From the sequence record SRR20825019_1681: DNA of 64,000 bases; one strand, written 5' to 3'. The translations under genes were made by a program, and so were the position numbers. Below are positions 10,030-20,018 of this stretch, piece after piece. The notes beneath the pieces are model-generated. The model was not told the origin of the DNA. It ran no database searches and saw only the letters and a list, made by a program, of their open reading frames with translations. Position 1 is the stretch's first letter. Each line of letters starts with the position of its first letter.

Positions 10030-10398
10030 ATGAACAAATTGATGATTTTAGGTTTTTTTGCATTCGTAGGGCTAGTTGCCGTTTCGGGATGTAGAAAAAA
10101 GCAAGACACGATAGCTGTAATTACAGTGCGTGACTCAGATAATCAATCTGTTGCTGGAGCTAGAGTTGTTCTTTATGGACAATCAACTACAAACCAGCCT
10201 GCGAACGTGGCACTTTATGACACGACGATGACTGATGGATCAGGGAAGGCAACATTTAATTTTAATGAAGTCTACCAACTTGGTCAAGCGGGAGTAGCAG
10301 TTTTAAACATCGATGTTACAAAAGATGGTAAAACAGGTCAAGGAATTATTAAAGTAGAACAAGAAGAAACGTCTGAAGAGACTGTTTTTATTCAATAG
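10030..10398 (+). CDS. Small lipoprotein, beta-sandwich (carboxypeptidase-regulatory-like)
   Basis: Lipobox VSGC; VAGARVVL...TDGSGKATF. Confidence 0.7.
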   Translation: MNKLMILGFFAFVGLVAVSGCRKKQDTIAVITVRDSDNQSVAGARVVLYGQSTTNQPANVALYDTTMTDGSGKATFNFNEVYQLGQAGVAVLNIDVTKDGKTGQGIIKVEQEETSEETVFIQ

Positions 10399-10423
10399 AT
10401 ACTCAGGATGCTGAAAAAGGAAG

Positions 10424-10456
10424 AGGGTGTCGGGCTTTATGCTCGGCGCCTTTTTT
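10424..10456 (+). terminator. Intrinsic terminator
   Basis: Stem GGTGTCGGGC/GCTCGGCGCC (with G-U pairs) followed by a T run, downstream of the lipoprotein pair. Confidence 0.7.
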
Positions 10457-10543
10457 CATTATAACAACTTGACCAATCATCTTTGTGAGTTTTGCACTTA
10501 ATGAAATTCACTATCTTAACTGATAGAAACAATAACTAGTTCC

Positions 10544-11038
10544 ATGTCTATCGAATCAAATGCTGCTCCAGACGAGTTAGATTCCCCTTTTTATGTTGCC
10601 AATGAAAATTTATGTAACCAATGGAATGATTACATTCTTGGAAAAGGAGGAAAAGTGCGCGGTGTTTTTAATGCATGGTCCTTTTCTGTCAAAGGAATCG
10701 TTAAGACAAAACGAGAATGGTTGATAGAAGTGAATAAAGCGACTTATTCTGGTGGTCCACTTTTTTTCTCTCCGAAAAAAAATCTACAAGAAAACCTCAT
10801 TTTTAAAACCATTGTCAAAAACACAGGTTGCCCCGATTTTACAATTAAAAATGGTTCGAGTTCACGTCATTCACGAGAACACGTTTTCTTCAAAGCAATT
10901 GTTGAACTACTAGAAGAAGGTTTCCAAAACGGCAGTCTCCATCTGGTGACTTTCAAGAAGAATGAATTAACGCTCCTTTTTAACTATAAAAACGACTGGT
11001 TTGAAATGGCCGATCGAATTCTTGACTTTGACTTTTGA
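10544..11038 (+). CDS. Hypothetical protein
   Basis: 164-aa ORF with ATG start filling an otherwise empty interval; no recognised motif. Confidence 0.55.
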   Translation: MSIESNAAPDELDSPFYVANENLCNQWNDYILGKGGKVRGVFNAWSFSVKGIVKTKREWLIEVNKATYSGGPLFFSPKKNLQENLIFKTIVKNTGCPDFTIKNGSSSRHSREHVFFKAIVELLEEGFQNGSLHLVTFKKNELTLLFNYKNDWFEMADRILDFDF

Positions 11039-11042
11039 ACAC

Positions 11043-11283
11043 GATGTCTGTGTCTCGGATAAAATATCCGCGACAACCACTGCTGTTATGAAATATGCTT
11101 TGTTTGGAGTATTGTCATCGCGGATGTCTGTGTCGCGGTAAAATATCCGCGACAACTACAAACACTCCTTCACGACGTCCACGCAACAACTGACAGTGCC
11201 GCGGATAACATTCGGTGACAACCGCAGCAGGTTCCTGCAACAAATGATACGGTCATCGCGGATGTCTCATCCGTGAATATGAC
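11043..11283. repeat. Cluster of REP-like imperfect palindromes (core CGGAT-N5-ATCCG)
   Basis: Near-identical 34-35-nt units at 11043-11077 and 11123-11156, degenerate units at 11197-11220 and 11252-11283. GTCATCGCGGATGTCT occurs at 11114 and 11252. Lies between convergent genes. Confidence 0.8.
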
Positions 11284-11342
11284 CCAATACATCGGGACAA
11301 TCAGTTTAAAAAAATCCCCCTTCCCAATTAGCCGCTAAAATG

Positions 11343-12887
11343 CTATAATTTTATCGTTCCAAACTGGCTTTTTTTCTTCTGCACAGGGTAAGTAACTGAA
11401 TAAAAAATTAACTCCCCCTGTTTGTAATCAGCAAAGCAAAAAGAGGGTATGATGATTCTTTTTGAATTATTCTCATCAAAAAAATTCCTGCTCATTTCAC
11501 CATTTTCTTTGTTGATGGAAACCATAATGGCAATGTTCTTCGATACTGAAAGCCCTGCTTGTCTTAACTTTCCTTCAAGGATATAATCTCCTTTCTTAGA
11601 GTAGTTATCCTTGACATCATTAAAAATGATGCGTACTTCGTCTTCCGCAAAATAACTAAAGTAAGAAGAAATACTGCCCTTCTCTATGCCTGCGACTTGT
11701 CGTTTTGGCACAACAACTTTCCATTTTAAATCTCCGTTCTCTTCCATGTTAAAAACTAGAATGTTTTCATAAATATACGATACTGCTGATGACGATGAAT
11801 ACGACATCACCCATGATTGTTCAATAAACCCTACAATACTACCCTCAGGCGACCTCTTAATTTTAAGAACTCCATAAGCTCCGAACTGAGGTGAAATATC
11901 TCCAAATCTTTTTCCTACTATAATTTCACTTTCCCTCTCCTTCTTTGACTGATTAGATACAATAAAGCTCTCATCAAATGGATGAAATTTTTCCTCTATA
12001 ACGATGTTTTTTATGAAATCTAAGGACAAGTAAAACACCCCTTTTATTCCTCTTATACTTTTATTGCTTTCTCCATAACTCCCGATAATTCCAATACTCG
12101 ACTCCTTCTCGGCAATGATCTCTAATCCATTAAGTTGTTTTGAACCAAAATCAATATCAATCGTAGTAATTCCATCCTCTTCAAGTTTATGAAAATGAAC
12201 AGAATAGTCATTTCCTTGAGGGCTTCCATATTTGCTTATCGGATCTGAAGTTGCAATATACAATTCTCCAAAGTTCGATAACATGATTGATTTTATTTGG
12301 ACATTCTCCAAAAATGATAAATCAAACTCGGAATTATCAATTACTTCAAAATCCTTGTTGTAAACCTTTGTGTTAAACCCAACTTTTCCTGAGTTCTTAG
12401 ACACTCCTGACCATAAAACAGCGAAGTACTCTTCGTTTTCTGAAGATGCTACCACGAAATAATCATCATAACCTCCTTCATCTGTTGGATAACTCGCAAT
12501 TTCTACTTCGTTACCTATCCGCTCAAGACTTCTAGAATAACTCTGGATGACTAATGCCTTCTCCTTTTCCTTGTTTTTAACACGACAAACTTCTAGGTTT
12601 CCGCCTAAAACAAATGAACTCTTATAATAATTGGTTGTTCCTTTTTCTTGAACACTCACTTCTATATCTTCAACTATTTGACTTCTATTAAAGTGGGTTG
12701 CAAAATAATCCCCCTCATACTCCAGAGTTCCGTTTACAACTACACGAATGCCAAATAAATCTTCCGCACTCAGTGGATACACTTGCTCCATTTGTCCTTT
12801 TGTTTCTATGAACTCACCCCAATTAATAGTGCCCTTCTGGGCAAGACTGATAGGACTAGATAATAATAGTAAATAGATTAATTTCAT
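11343..12887 (-). CDS. Secreted hypothetical protein, beta-rich
   Basis: 514-aa ORF with signal peptide ..SPISLA|Q; no catalytic motif recognised. Confidence 0.7.
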   Translation of the reverse strand: MKLIYLLLLSSPISLAQKGTINWGEFIETKGQMEQVYPLSAEDLFGIRVVVNGTLEYEGDYFATHFNRSQIVEDIEVSVQEKGTTNYYKSSFVLGGNLEVCRVKNKEKEKALVIQSYSRSLERIGNEVEIASYPTDEGGYDDYFVVASSENEEYFAVLWSGVSKNSGKVGFNTKVYNKDFEVIDNSEFDLSFLENVQIKSIMLSNFGELYIATSDPISKYGSPQGNDYSVHFHKLEEDGITTIDIDFGSKQLNGLEIIAEKESSIGIIGSYGESNKSIRGIKGVFYLSLDFIKNIVIEEKFHPFDESFIVSNQSKKERESEIIVGKRFGDISPQFGAYGVLKIKRSPEGSIVGFIEQSWVMSYSSSSAVSYIYENILVFNMEENGDLKWKVVVPKRQVAGIEKGSISSYFSYFAEDEVRIIFNDVKDNYSKKGDYILEGKLRQAGLSVSKNIAIMVSINKENGEMSRNFFDENNSKRIIIPSFCFADYKQGELIFYSVTYPVQKKKSQFGTIKL

Positions 12888-12972
12888 TGTTTCAGTTTAT
12901 AAAGTGATAAAATCAATTATGTGTGAGTGATTTATGTGATAACCGTTTAGAAGAACACATGTTCAGACAATA

Positions 12973-13692
12973 TTAAGAATAAAAAATTTCTCCTTCGTCT
13001 ACTAATGCGTTTCCGCGCATGCGTAAGAATAACTGAACAAGTGCCACAACATCCTTTTCGCAATACACTTTTATACGCTCGAGATCCTTTTCTTCATAAT
13101 ACACGCGCGCTACGTCTGCTCCAGAAATATCGTCTTTCGGTGTTGGAATATTGAAGACGTGGCATAACAATGCAAGTGAAGTGTAAGCTTTGAAATCGCC
13201 AAACTTCCACAATTCCATCGTGTCGAGGTGGGCAATTTCCCATGGTTTCTTTCCTGCAATATTCAATACATTCGGAAGGGCAATCCCATTGATCAGCATT
13301 CGTCGGCAAATGTATGGGAAGTCGAATTCTTTGGCGTTGTGACCGCACAAGATGCTATTCGGGGAGTTATAGTGTTCTTCCAGTAAACCTTTAAATTGCT
13401 TCAGTAATGTTTCCTCATCGTCATGGTAAAACGATTTCAATCTAATTTGATTTCCCGTTGAAGCGCTGTGAACGAAGCCGACCGAAATACACACTATTTT
13501 TCCAAATTCGGCATAAATTCCCGCGCGTTCATTGAACACTTCTTCTAGTGGTTTACCATCTTTTTGTAAAAATTTTGTTTTCGCGTCAAACAATTCCTTT
13601 GTACGGTCGTTTGCATCTTCAAATTGGTAGGTCTGCGGAACAGTTTCTATGTCCAAAAACAACACTTTATCTAATTGAATTCTATCTAACAT
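12973..13692 (-). CDS. 3'-5' exonuclease, PolB-exo-like DEDD family
   Basis: LFLDIETVP (Exo I), GHNAKEFDFP (Exo II), YCEKDV (Exo III). Confidence 0.88.
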   Translation of the reverse strand: MLDRIQLDKVLFLDIETVPQTYQFEDANDRTKELFDAKTKFLQKDGKPLEEVFNERAGIYAEFGKIVCISVGFVHSASTGNQIRLKSFYHDDEETLLKQFKGLLEEHYNSPNSILCGHNAKEFDFPYICRRMLINGIALPNVLNIAGKKPWEIAHLDTMELWKFGDFKAYTSLALLCHVFNIPTPKDDISGADVARVYYEEKDLERIKVYCEKDVVALVQLFLRMRGNALVDEGEIFYS

Positions 13693-13802
13693 CTTTGATC
13701 ATTTAATTGGTTAACGGTTAGGTTTTTTGAGATTACTCTATTGAAGTTAGCGAAAAATTGCAGAATCGACATAAAAAAAGCACTTTTGTGTAAAACGCAC
13801 TT

Positions 13803-14282
13803 ATGGCGGAGGATTTAATAAAAATTACAGGGGAAAAGTCAACTATTTATAGCGGACTCATTCCACAAATTAAGGCGCTGATCGGTGATGAAACCGATGC
13901 CGTTGCGAATTTAGCAAACGTTGCGGCTGCATTAAAAGAAACATTCAATTTTTTCTGGGTAGGATTTTATCTTGTAAAAGATAATGAACTGGTTCTTGGT
14001 CCTTTTCAGGGTCCTGTTGCCTGTACGCGAATTCAACTTGGAAGAGGTGTTTGTGGTGCAAGCTGGGAAAAAGCCGAAACAATTGTTGTAGACGATGTAG
14101 ACGTATTCCCTGGTCACATTGCGTGTAGCTCTCTTTCGAAAAGTGAAATTGTTGTTCCGCTCGTGAAGGACGGAAATGTTATTGGTGTTCTGGATGTCGA
14201 CAGTGAATTAATTGGTCACTTCGATGAAACAGACGCGCTCTATTTAACTGAAATTTGTTCATGGCTCGTTACTCGCATCTAG
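13803..14282 (+). CDS. msrC: GAF-domain free methionine-(R)-sulfoxide reductase
   Basis: WVGFY, LGPFQGPVACTRI..GRGVCG, GHIAC and VLDVDS motifs. Confidence 0.85.
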   Translation: MAEDLIKITGEKSTIYSGLIPQIKALIGDETDAVANLANVAAALKETFNFFWVGFYLVKDNELVLGPFQGPVACTRIQLGRGVCGASWEKAETIVVDDVDVFPGHIACSSLSKSEIVVPLVKDGNVIGVLDVDSELIGHFDETDALYLTEICSWLVTRI

Positions 14283-15844
14283 TGCTTCTTTTCGGAATCC
14301 TATTTCTTGTAGGATGCGCTCAAGTTGGAACAATTACTGGAGGTCCGGATGATATTTACGCGCCCAAACCAACGGCTGAAGTTAATCCTCCAAATGCGAC
14401 TTTGAACTTCGATGCTCATGAAATTGTAATTCCATTTGACGAGTATTTTAAATTAAATGATCCGAGAAATACCATTCGTATCGTTCCTCCACACGCAACG
14501 CTCGAAACCCGTGTAAAAGGAAAAACGCTCTATATTTCTTTCAAAGATACCCTGCAGGAAAACACGACTTACGCGATCTATTTCAATAATGCGATTAGGG
14601 ATTTATCGGAAGGAAATGACTCAATTATGCAGTATGTTTTCTCCACTGGAAATGTTATCGATAGTTTGACTTATTCCGTTTCCGTGGTGGACGCTTACAC
14701 AAGTTTACCTATAGAAAATTGTATTGTAGCACTCTTTGATCCTGAAACGCAAGACCTGCTCAACTTCACTCAAACAACTCGTTCGGGAGAGGCAACATTA
14801 CGCTACTTGAGTTCGAGAAACTATTCGCTAATTGCATTCAAAGACGAAAATAACAACCTAGAATATGAATCAAACGAACCTGTCGGTTTTTTAGATGAGC
14901 TCATACTAACGCTCGATTCTTCGTCTGTTTCGGCTGAACCGATTCGTCTTTTCTCTCCGCTTAAACGCCCGAAAATTACATCGCTTACATATTCCGCTCC
15001 AGGTACTTTTTTACTCGGGGCAAATAGACCTATTTCCGATGCAACACTGGTTTGGGACGGAACGACTTTAACCAAAGATCAATACACCATTATTACACCA
15101 GACAGTCTCCAGCTTTTCTTCGAAGATGCCACGCTTTCGGCTGGCGAACTGGTTGTAAACGCTGTTGATTTCACCGACACTATCACTTATCGCGTACTTG
15201 AAAATCAGAAAAACGGAAAAATTCAATTAAAATCTGCGGGATTAGCGGGTGTTTTTGGTCCGGAGGATACTATTACCTTCGTGGCAAATAGCTTGATCTC
15301 AAGCATAGATTCCACACGCATTCGGTTCTTAGATAAAAAAGATTCCAGCGAAATTTCCATTCGTCAACTCACCTTTGAGCAAAATATGCTCTACGCATTC
15401 ATTGATCGTCAAGAGGCCGTTCAGGATATTATTGTAGAAATAGATTCAGCCTTTCTACAGACTCAAAATGGCTCCAATTCCACGACTAACTCTACCTTTT
15501 CAACACACCCAGAAAGAAAGTTTGGTAGTCTTAATCTCAACGCATCTTATTACACGCAGCCGATCATTATCGAGTTAGTTCAAGGCAAATCCGTTATTCG
15601 CTCCATAAACGTCGCAGATCCAAGCGCGCCAATTTTAATAAAATGGTTAGTCCCTGGAGTGTACACCTTTCGCGTAATTCTTGATGATAATCAAAATGGC
15701 AAGTGGGATCCGGGAGATTTCGCTAAACGAATTCAAGCTGAGCAAATCGCAAATTATTCTTCAGTAACACAAGTTCGAGGGAACTGGAATGTGGATGTAG
15801 AGTTAATTCCAACTGCTGAAAAAGATGAAAAACCCACTGAGTAA
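14261..15844 (+). CDS. Lipoprotein with Ig-like (Big_5-type) domain
   Basis: Lipobox LVGC followed by AQ...TGGPDD..P; D.N.NGKWDPG near the C-terminus. Start placed at ATG 14261. Confidence 0.75.
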   Translation: MARYSHLVLLFGILFLVGCAQVGTITGGPDDIYAPKPTAEVNPPNATLNFDAHEIVIPFDEYFKLNDPRNTIRIVPPHATLETRVKGKTLYISFKDTLQENTTYAIYFNNAIRDLSEGNDSIMQYVFSTGNVIDSLTYSVSVVDAYTSLPIENCIVALFDPETQDLLNFTQTTRSGEATLRYLSSRNYSLIAFKDENNNLEYESNEPVGFLDELILTLDSSSVSAEPIRLFSPLKRPKITSLTYSAPGTFLLGANRPISDATLVWDGTTLTKDQYTIITPDSLQLFFEDATLSAGELVVNAVDFTDTITYRVLENQKNGKIQLKSAGLAGVFGPEDTITFVANSLISSIDSTRIRFLDKKDSSEISIRQLTFEQNMLYAFIDRQEAVQDIIVEIDSAFLQTQNGSNSTTNSTFSTHPERKFGSLNLNASYYTQPIIIELVQGKSVIRSINVADPSAPILIKWLVPGVYTFRVILDDNQNGKWDPGDFAKRIQAEQIANYSSVTQVRGNWNVDVELIPTAEKDEKPTE

Positions 15845-16991
15845 GGCTTTTAGTGGATGGAAAATTTTCATCGCTATTTCCATCGGAATCCTCATTTCAG
15901 GATGGATGCTTTACCGAAGTATTTCTCAAACACAATTCATTAAAGTCGAGCATGGAACGGGCGCTTTTGAATGGGTTGATTTAAACAAAAACGCCCACGT
16001 CGATTATTCAGATCCAACCGATTTTGCCCCATCATCTACTGGTGACTACGACGAAAAAACGCTTTCTGATGCCCTTCAATCCATCGAATGGACTTCGCAA
16101 ACTTGGGGTTGGCTTTTTATTGCGTCTTGTTTCATGTTTGGGCGTGATTTTTTCTACATCCTCAGAATTCGCTTACTCACAAAAAAACAACTGTCTTGGA
16201 AGGCGAGCTTTTACGTTATAATGCTTTGGGAATTTGCTTCAGCACTTTCTCCGGGCGTAGTTGGTGGATCTGCGGTCGCCATGTTTATTATGAATCGTGA
16301 AACCATTCCGTTCGGGAAGGCGACTGCAATTGTAATTATTACGCTGTTTATGGACAACTTGTTCTACGTGTTAATGATTCCGTTTGTCTTTCTTTTCATT
16401 CAATCTGCTGACCTTTTTCCTGTTGATCAATCGCATTCTGAGTTTCTCTGGTGGTGGTTTTGGGGTGGTTTTTCGATCATTTTCTTTATTTGCGTGCTCC
16501 TTTACCTCACTATTTTTTGGTATCCTCGACTCGCAACGCGTTTTTTATTGTTCGTGTTTCGTTTGCCGTTTCTCAAAAGGTGGAAGTTTATCGCTCGCGA
16601 ATGGGGAAAGGATATTGAGTCTGCTTCGCGCGAATTTAAGCAAGAACCGCGCTCGTACTGGATCAAAACATTTCTGTTCACTTTCGGGAGTTGGACTTGT
16701 CGTTACTTAGTACTCAATGCCATTCTGAACGCCTTTCTTCAGTTAGGTTTATTTGAGAATGTGCTCGCTCTCGGAAAACAACTTGTTCTTTGGTTATTTA
16801 TGTTGGTGAGCATTACTCCTGGCGGAAGTGGCGTTGCTGAATTTGGATTTGGAGAGCTCCTTTCTACCTTTACTTCTTCCTCTATTTTGCTGGCAGGAAT
16901 GGCAATTATCTGGCGGTTGATCTCCTATTTTCCGTACTTGTTTATTGGCTCTATCGTTTTACCGAGGTGGATGCGAAGAACAAATCTCTAG
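15825..16991 (+). CDS. Lysylphosphatidylglycerol-synthase-TM / flippase-like membrane protein
   Basis: Multi-TM; SPGVVGG, TPGGSGVAE and WRLISY motifs. Confidence 0.8.
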   Translation: MKNPLSKAFSGWKIFIAISIGILISGWMLYRSISQTQFIKVEHGTGAFEWVDLNKNAHVDYSDPTDFAPSSTGDYDEKTLSDALQSIEWTSQTWGWLFIASCFMFGRDFFYILRIRLLTKKQLSWKASFYVIMLWEFASALSPGVVGGSAVAMFIMNRETIPFGKATAIVIITLFMDNLFYVLMIPFVFLFIQSADLFPVDQSHSEFLWWWFWGGFSIIFFICVLLYLTIFWYPRLATRFLLFVFRLPFLKRWKFIAREWGKDIESASREFKQEPRSYWIKTFLFTFGSWTCRYLVLNAILNAFLQLGLFENVLALGKQLVLWLFMLVSITPGGSGVAEFGFGELLSTFTSSSILLAGMAIIWRLISYFPYLFIGSIVLPRWMRRTNL

Positions 16992-16996
16992 TTGAT

Positions 16997-17596
16997 TTAT
17001 CTTCCGTGCGCAGGAAAGAAGAAGCGATATGCTGCAACTCCAGCGACAATTAAAACTACATAGGTCAGTTCTGGAAACGTTACAAACAAAGAGATCAACA
17101 TAATTAAACTTGAGATCACTGCGACCAAAAAGAATGCTTTCACGTGATTTATCCAAAGCCCTTTAAAATACGCCGTTCGCTGTCTTGCAGGAGCGAGAAA
17201 GTAAAGTTTATACTGTTGATATGCTCCAAAAGCAATGATTGGCAACAAAATATATCCTTGCTGAATTCCAAATTCTTTGTAGGTCCAAAATTTAATTAAT
17301 TCTGCCAAAAAATCGATCGATGGATAGATCACAAACATCGCTAAATGAGCCAACAATAGGGTAATTGCCAATGCTACAAAGCTAATTGCGCCATACCTAA
17401 TCCAAATGGATTTCGTTGGTTTTCCTTGATAGTGGATGATTTTGCCACTCTTCATGTGCATGATTACTTCATTTGCAAGAAGGTCAAGAAAATAAAAAAG
17501 GAGAATGAAGTACAACGACCACTCCCAAAAGAAAAATCCAGCGAGCGGAATTGCCGCATCTCCAATTAATTGAATATACTTTGGTTGGATTCTCAC
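16997..17596 (-). CDS. Hypothetical integral membrane protein
   Basis: 199 aa with about 5 TM helices; start overlaps the stop of the upstream TPR gene. Confidence 0.65.
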   Translation of the reverse strand: MRIQPKYIQLIGDAAIPLAGFFFWEWSLYFILLFYFLDLLANEVIMHMKSGKIIHYQGKPTKSIWIRYGAISFVALAITLLLAHLAMFVIYPSIDFLAELIKFWTYKEFGIQQGYILLPIIAFGAYQQYKLYFLAPARQRTAYFKGLWINHVKAFFLVAVISSLIMLISLFVTFPELTYVVLIVAGVAAYRFFFPAHGR

Positions 17597-18609
17597 AATT
17601 TCATGATTCTTCCTAAGCTATCCGCGTAATCGCGCGACAATTGGTAAGAAGCGTTATGTTTCAATGCCTTTGAAAAAGACGCAAGTGCTTTAGCTTTATT
17701 TCCTTTTAAATCATAGCACACACCAAGATTGTGGTATGCTTCTACAAAATTGGGTTTTACAAACGTTGCTCCTTCATAAAAATACATCGCACTGTCTAAA
17801 TCTCCATCTACCATTTGTTTTATATGTCCAAGCTGAAATAAGGCCTGAGATGCATAATGCTCTATGGAATCCTTCGCCATTTCGCGGTAAACCTCTTTGG
17901 CAGACTCTAGTTTTCCAAAATGTTGCATTGCATACGCCATTGCATATTCTGCTTCTCTATTTTCTGGCTCAAGTTGATATGCAGTAGTGTAGTATTCTAT
18001 ACAAAGCGCATTGTTTTCATTTTCATATATTGATCCCAATACTAAGTAACCTGCAAAAAATGATGGATCTTGTTGAACCGCCGTTTCATAAGATGATTTC
18101 ATTAAATCATGCTTTCCAAGAACAGCGTAATTAGACCCTTTCAAAACATAGGCATCTCTATATTTCGGATCGATTCGAAGTGCTTCGTTAATGTATTTAA
18201 AGGAGCTCTCAAAATCTTGGAATTGACTAAATGTAGACGCCAGACCGATGAGTACTTCTGTATTTCTAGGTTGTGCTGTGAGCAGCTTTTTAAAATGTCG
18301 TTGAGCGATTGCTACCTGTTCGATTGACCGTTCTGTTCGGTTGTTGAGTACATTCGCATACAAGAGACGCACATCAAATTGGGTACTGTCCAAACGAAAT
18401 GCTCTTGCAGCATCTTCCATTGCTTTGTCGTAATCATACTTTACGAAACGTTCTTTCCCTCTTTTAACGAGAAGGGGAATGCTGTCTGGGTACTTATCGA
18501 TTAGTTGATCCAACGTAAGTGCCTTTTCATTCTTTTCACCTGAACCTGACGAACAAGCGCCGATTGCTAACACTGCAATTGCCACTAATGAGAAATAGAG
18601 ATTCTTCAT
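17593..18609 (-). CDS. TPR lipoprotein
   Basis: Lipobox IGAC and TPR repeats (AYHNLGVCY etc.). Confidence 0.85.
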   Translation of the reverse strand: MKNLYFSLVAIAVLAIGACSSGSGEKNEKALTLDQLIDKYPDSIPLLVKRGKERFVKYDYDKAMEDAARAFRLDSTQFDVRLLYANVLNNRTERSIEQVAIAQRHFKKLLTAQPRNTEVLIGLASTFSQFQDFESSFKYINEALRIDPKYRDAYVLKGSNYAVLGKHDLMKSSYETAVQQDPSFFAGYLVLGSIYENENNALCIEYYTTAYQLEPENREAEYAMAYAMQHFGKLESAKEVYREMAKDSIEHYASQALFQLGHIKQMVDGDLDSAMYFYEGATFVKPNFVEAYHNLGVCYDLKGNKAKALASFSKALKHNASYQLSRDYADSLGRIMKL

Positions 18610-18613
18610 ACAG

Positions 18614-18621
18614 CAAATTTA
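18614..18621 (-). promoter_or_regulatory. -7 element (TAAATTTG) for the TPR lipoprotein gene
   Basis: TAnnTTTG match ending 4 nt before the ATG at 18609. Confidence 0.55.
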
Positions 18622-18711
18622 TCCTTTTTTTTAAGTTTACTTCGTCATTACACTCATTGGTTTGTTCCATTTAGACAACAAATTGATGAACCTGTCTATT
18701 CTAAAATTCCG

Positions 18712-18719
18712 TAATTTTG
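18712..18719 (+). promoter_or_regulatory. -7 element (TAATTTTG) for the small CxxC protein gene
   Basis: TAnnTTTG match ending 4 nt before the ATG at 18724. Confidence 0.55.
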
Positions 18720-18723
18720 TACC

Positions 18724-18969
18724 ATGTCGAAAAGAACTGTTTTATTTCTCCTCCTTTTTGCACTCCTTTTTGCCGACTTTTCATTCGGACAAGGGTGTTC
18801 ACAGTGTAAATTGCTCGCTGAGCAAGCAGGTGAATTAGATGAGGATTCTTTTGGGAGCAACATCAATTACGGGATTCTTTATTTAATGATTATCCCATAT
18901 CTTTTGCTGATGGCTTTGTTTCACAAGCGCATTATTGCCTTTTTTAAAGGGTTAATCAACCGGAAATAA
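18724..18969 (+). CDS. Small exported CxxC protein with C-terminal TM helix
   Basis: Signal peptide ..FSFG|QGCSQCK, then IN.GILYLM..PY TM segment. Confidence 0.75.
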   Translation: MSKRTVLFLLLFALLFADFSFGQGCSQCKLLAEQAGELDEDSFGSNINYGILYLMIIPYLLLMALFHKRIIAFFKGLINRK

Positions 18970-18977
18970 CTCCCTTA

Positions 18978-20018
18978 TTACAATCTACGCCCTCTTTGTT
19001 TAAAGAGTGAGTGATCTAGGTTTCGGTACGATAAAGAGAATTCCAATGATCCTCCGCTGTACGCTTTTCTCAGTGCAGATAGTGTTACGTCATAAGACAC
19101 TCCGAACTGAAACCCTTTCCATTCTACCATTACAGATGGAATAATTGCATCCTTAATTCGTGTGTAAAGACCAAATCCAACGTACGCGTTCTGACTCAAT
19201 CCTGTGATTTTCGTTCCGTTCTCGAAACGGTATCGCACCATTGTTCCAATGAGCGTTTCAAAGTGTCCACCTTGAATAAACTGCAATGCCGAAGCATCTA
19301 TCGCAAATGGTGTTCCTGAAATATCCTTTATAATTCCAAAGTGACCTACATATTTTCTATGCAATCTATCTCCAGATCCTGTTACGAATTTTAATGTAGG
19401 TCTGTTTAAATGATATCCTGAAAATCCTATTTGCACTTTGAAGTCGTCGTTTCTCGCAAACGAATTTTTTCCTCCATCATAAACGTAGTAAAGTCCAGCC
19501 GACGCGTCTGCATACGAAAATGACGTTAGTGTATTCGATTCTCCGCTTAAAATCGTTTGATCAAATTGGGTTCCATTCCATTGATTCATAAATGAAACAT
19601 TGGCTAAATCTGCTTTTCGTTGTCCAAAACCGCCTTGTAGTCCAACTGACAAAACATGCCCGCTTCTTCCCATTGGTAGAATTCCGCTCGCTGAAAGGCT
19701 AAACAATTGATTACCAAACTTCGAATCTCCACCCACATCGTTAAAGAACATCATTCCCACTCCCATGTGCGCTCGGTCGTTGAAATCGGGTTTCCATAAA
19801 TTTGCATCAACGGCAATCGCGGTAGAAGAAAACTGCGTTCCTGCTCCCAACCATTGGTTTCTGTGGTTTACTATTGCTCGTTCCCAACCGTCAAATACAC
19901 CTGCCGCAGCTGGATTGATAAGCAAGGGGGTTTGAGCTGTTTGTGCAAAATGTAAATCCTGCGCGTAAGAAACTCCATGAAAAATGATCGCTCCTATAAG
20001 AATTGCTAATTTTTTCAT
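18978..20018 (-). CDS. PorP/SprF-family type IX secretion system membrane protein
   Basis: QDLHFAQ...PLLINPAAAG, HRNQW, GVSYDV and GSLEFSLSY motifs; directly downstream of a type-B CTD protein. Confidence 0.92.
   Translation of the reverse strand: MKKLAILIGAIIFHGVSYAQDLHFAQTAQTPLLINPAAAGVFDGWERAIVNHRNQWLGAGTQFSSTAIAVDANLWKPDFNDRAHMGVGMMFFNDVGGDSKFGNQLFSLSASGILPMGRSGHVLSVGLQGGFGQRKADLANVSFMNQWNGTQFDQTILSGESNTLTSFSYADASAGLYYVYDGGKNSFARNDDFKVQIGFSGYHLNRPTLKFVTGSGDRLHRKYVGHFGIIKDISGTPFAIDASALQFIQGGHFETLIGTMVRYRFENGTKITGLSQNAYVGFGLYTRIKDAIIPSVMVEWKGFQFGVSYDVTLSALRKAYSGGSLEFSLSYRNLDHSLFKQRGRRL

Noticed and set aside
10967-11155. 62-aa minus-strand ORF across the repeat cluster
   Set aside because: It overlaps a + strand gene and is produced by the repeat sequence; no protein features.
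11043-11283. Possible CRISPR array
   Set aside because: Only two near-identical units, the rest are degenerate with irregular spacing, and no cas genes are present. It fits REP-like palindromes better.
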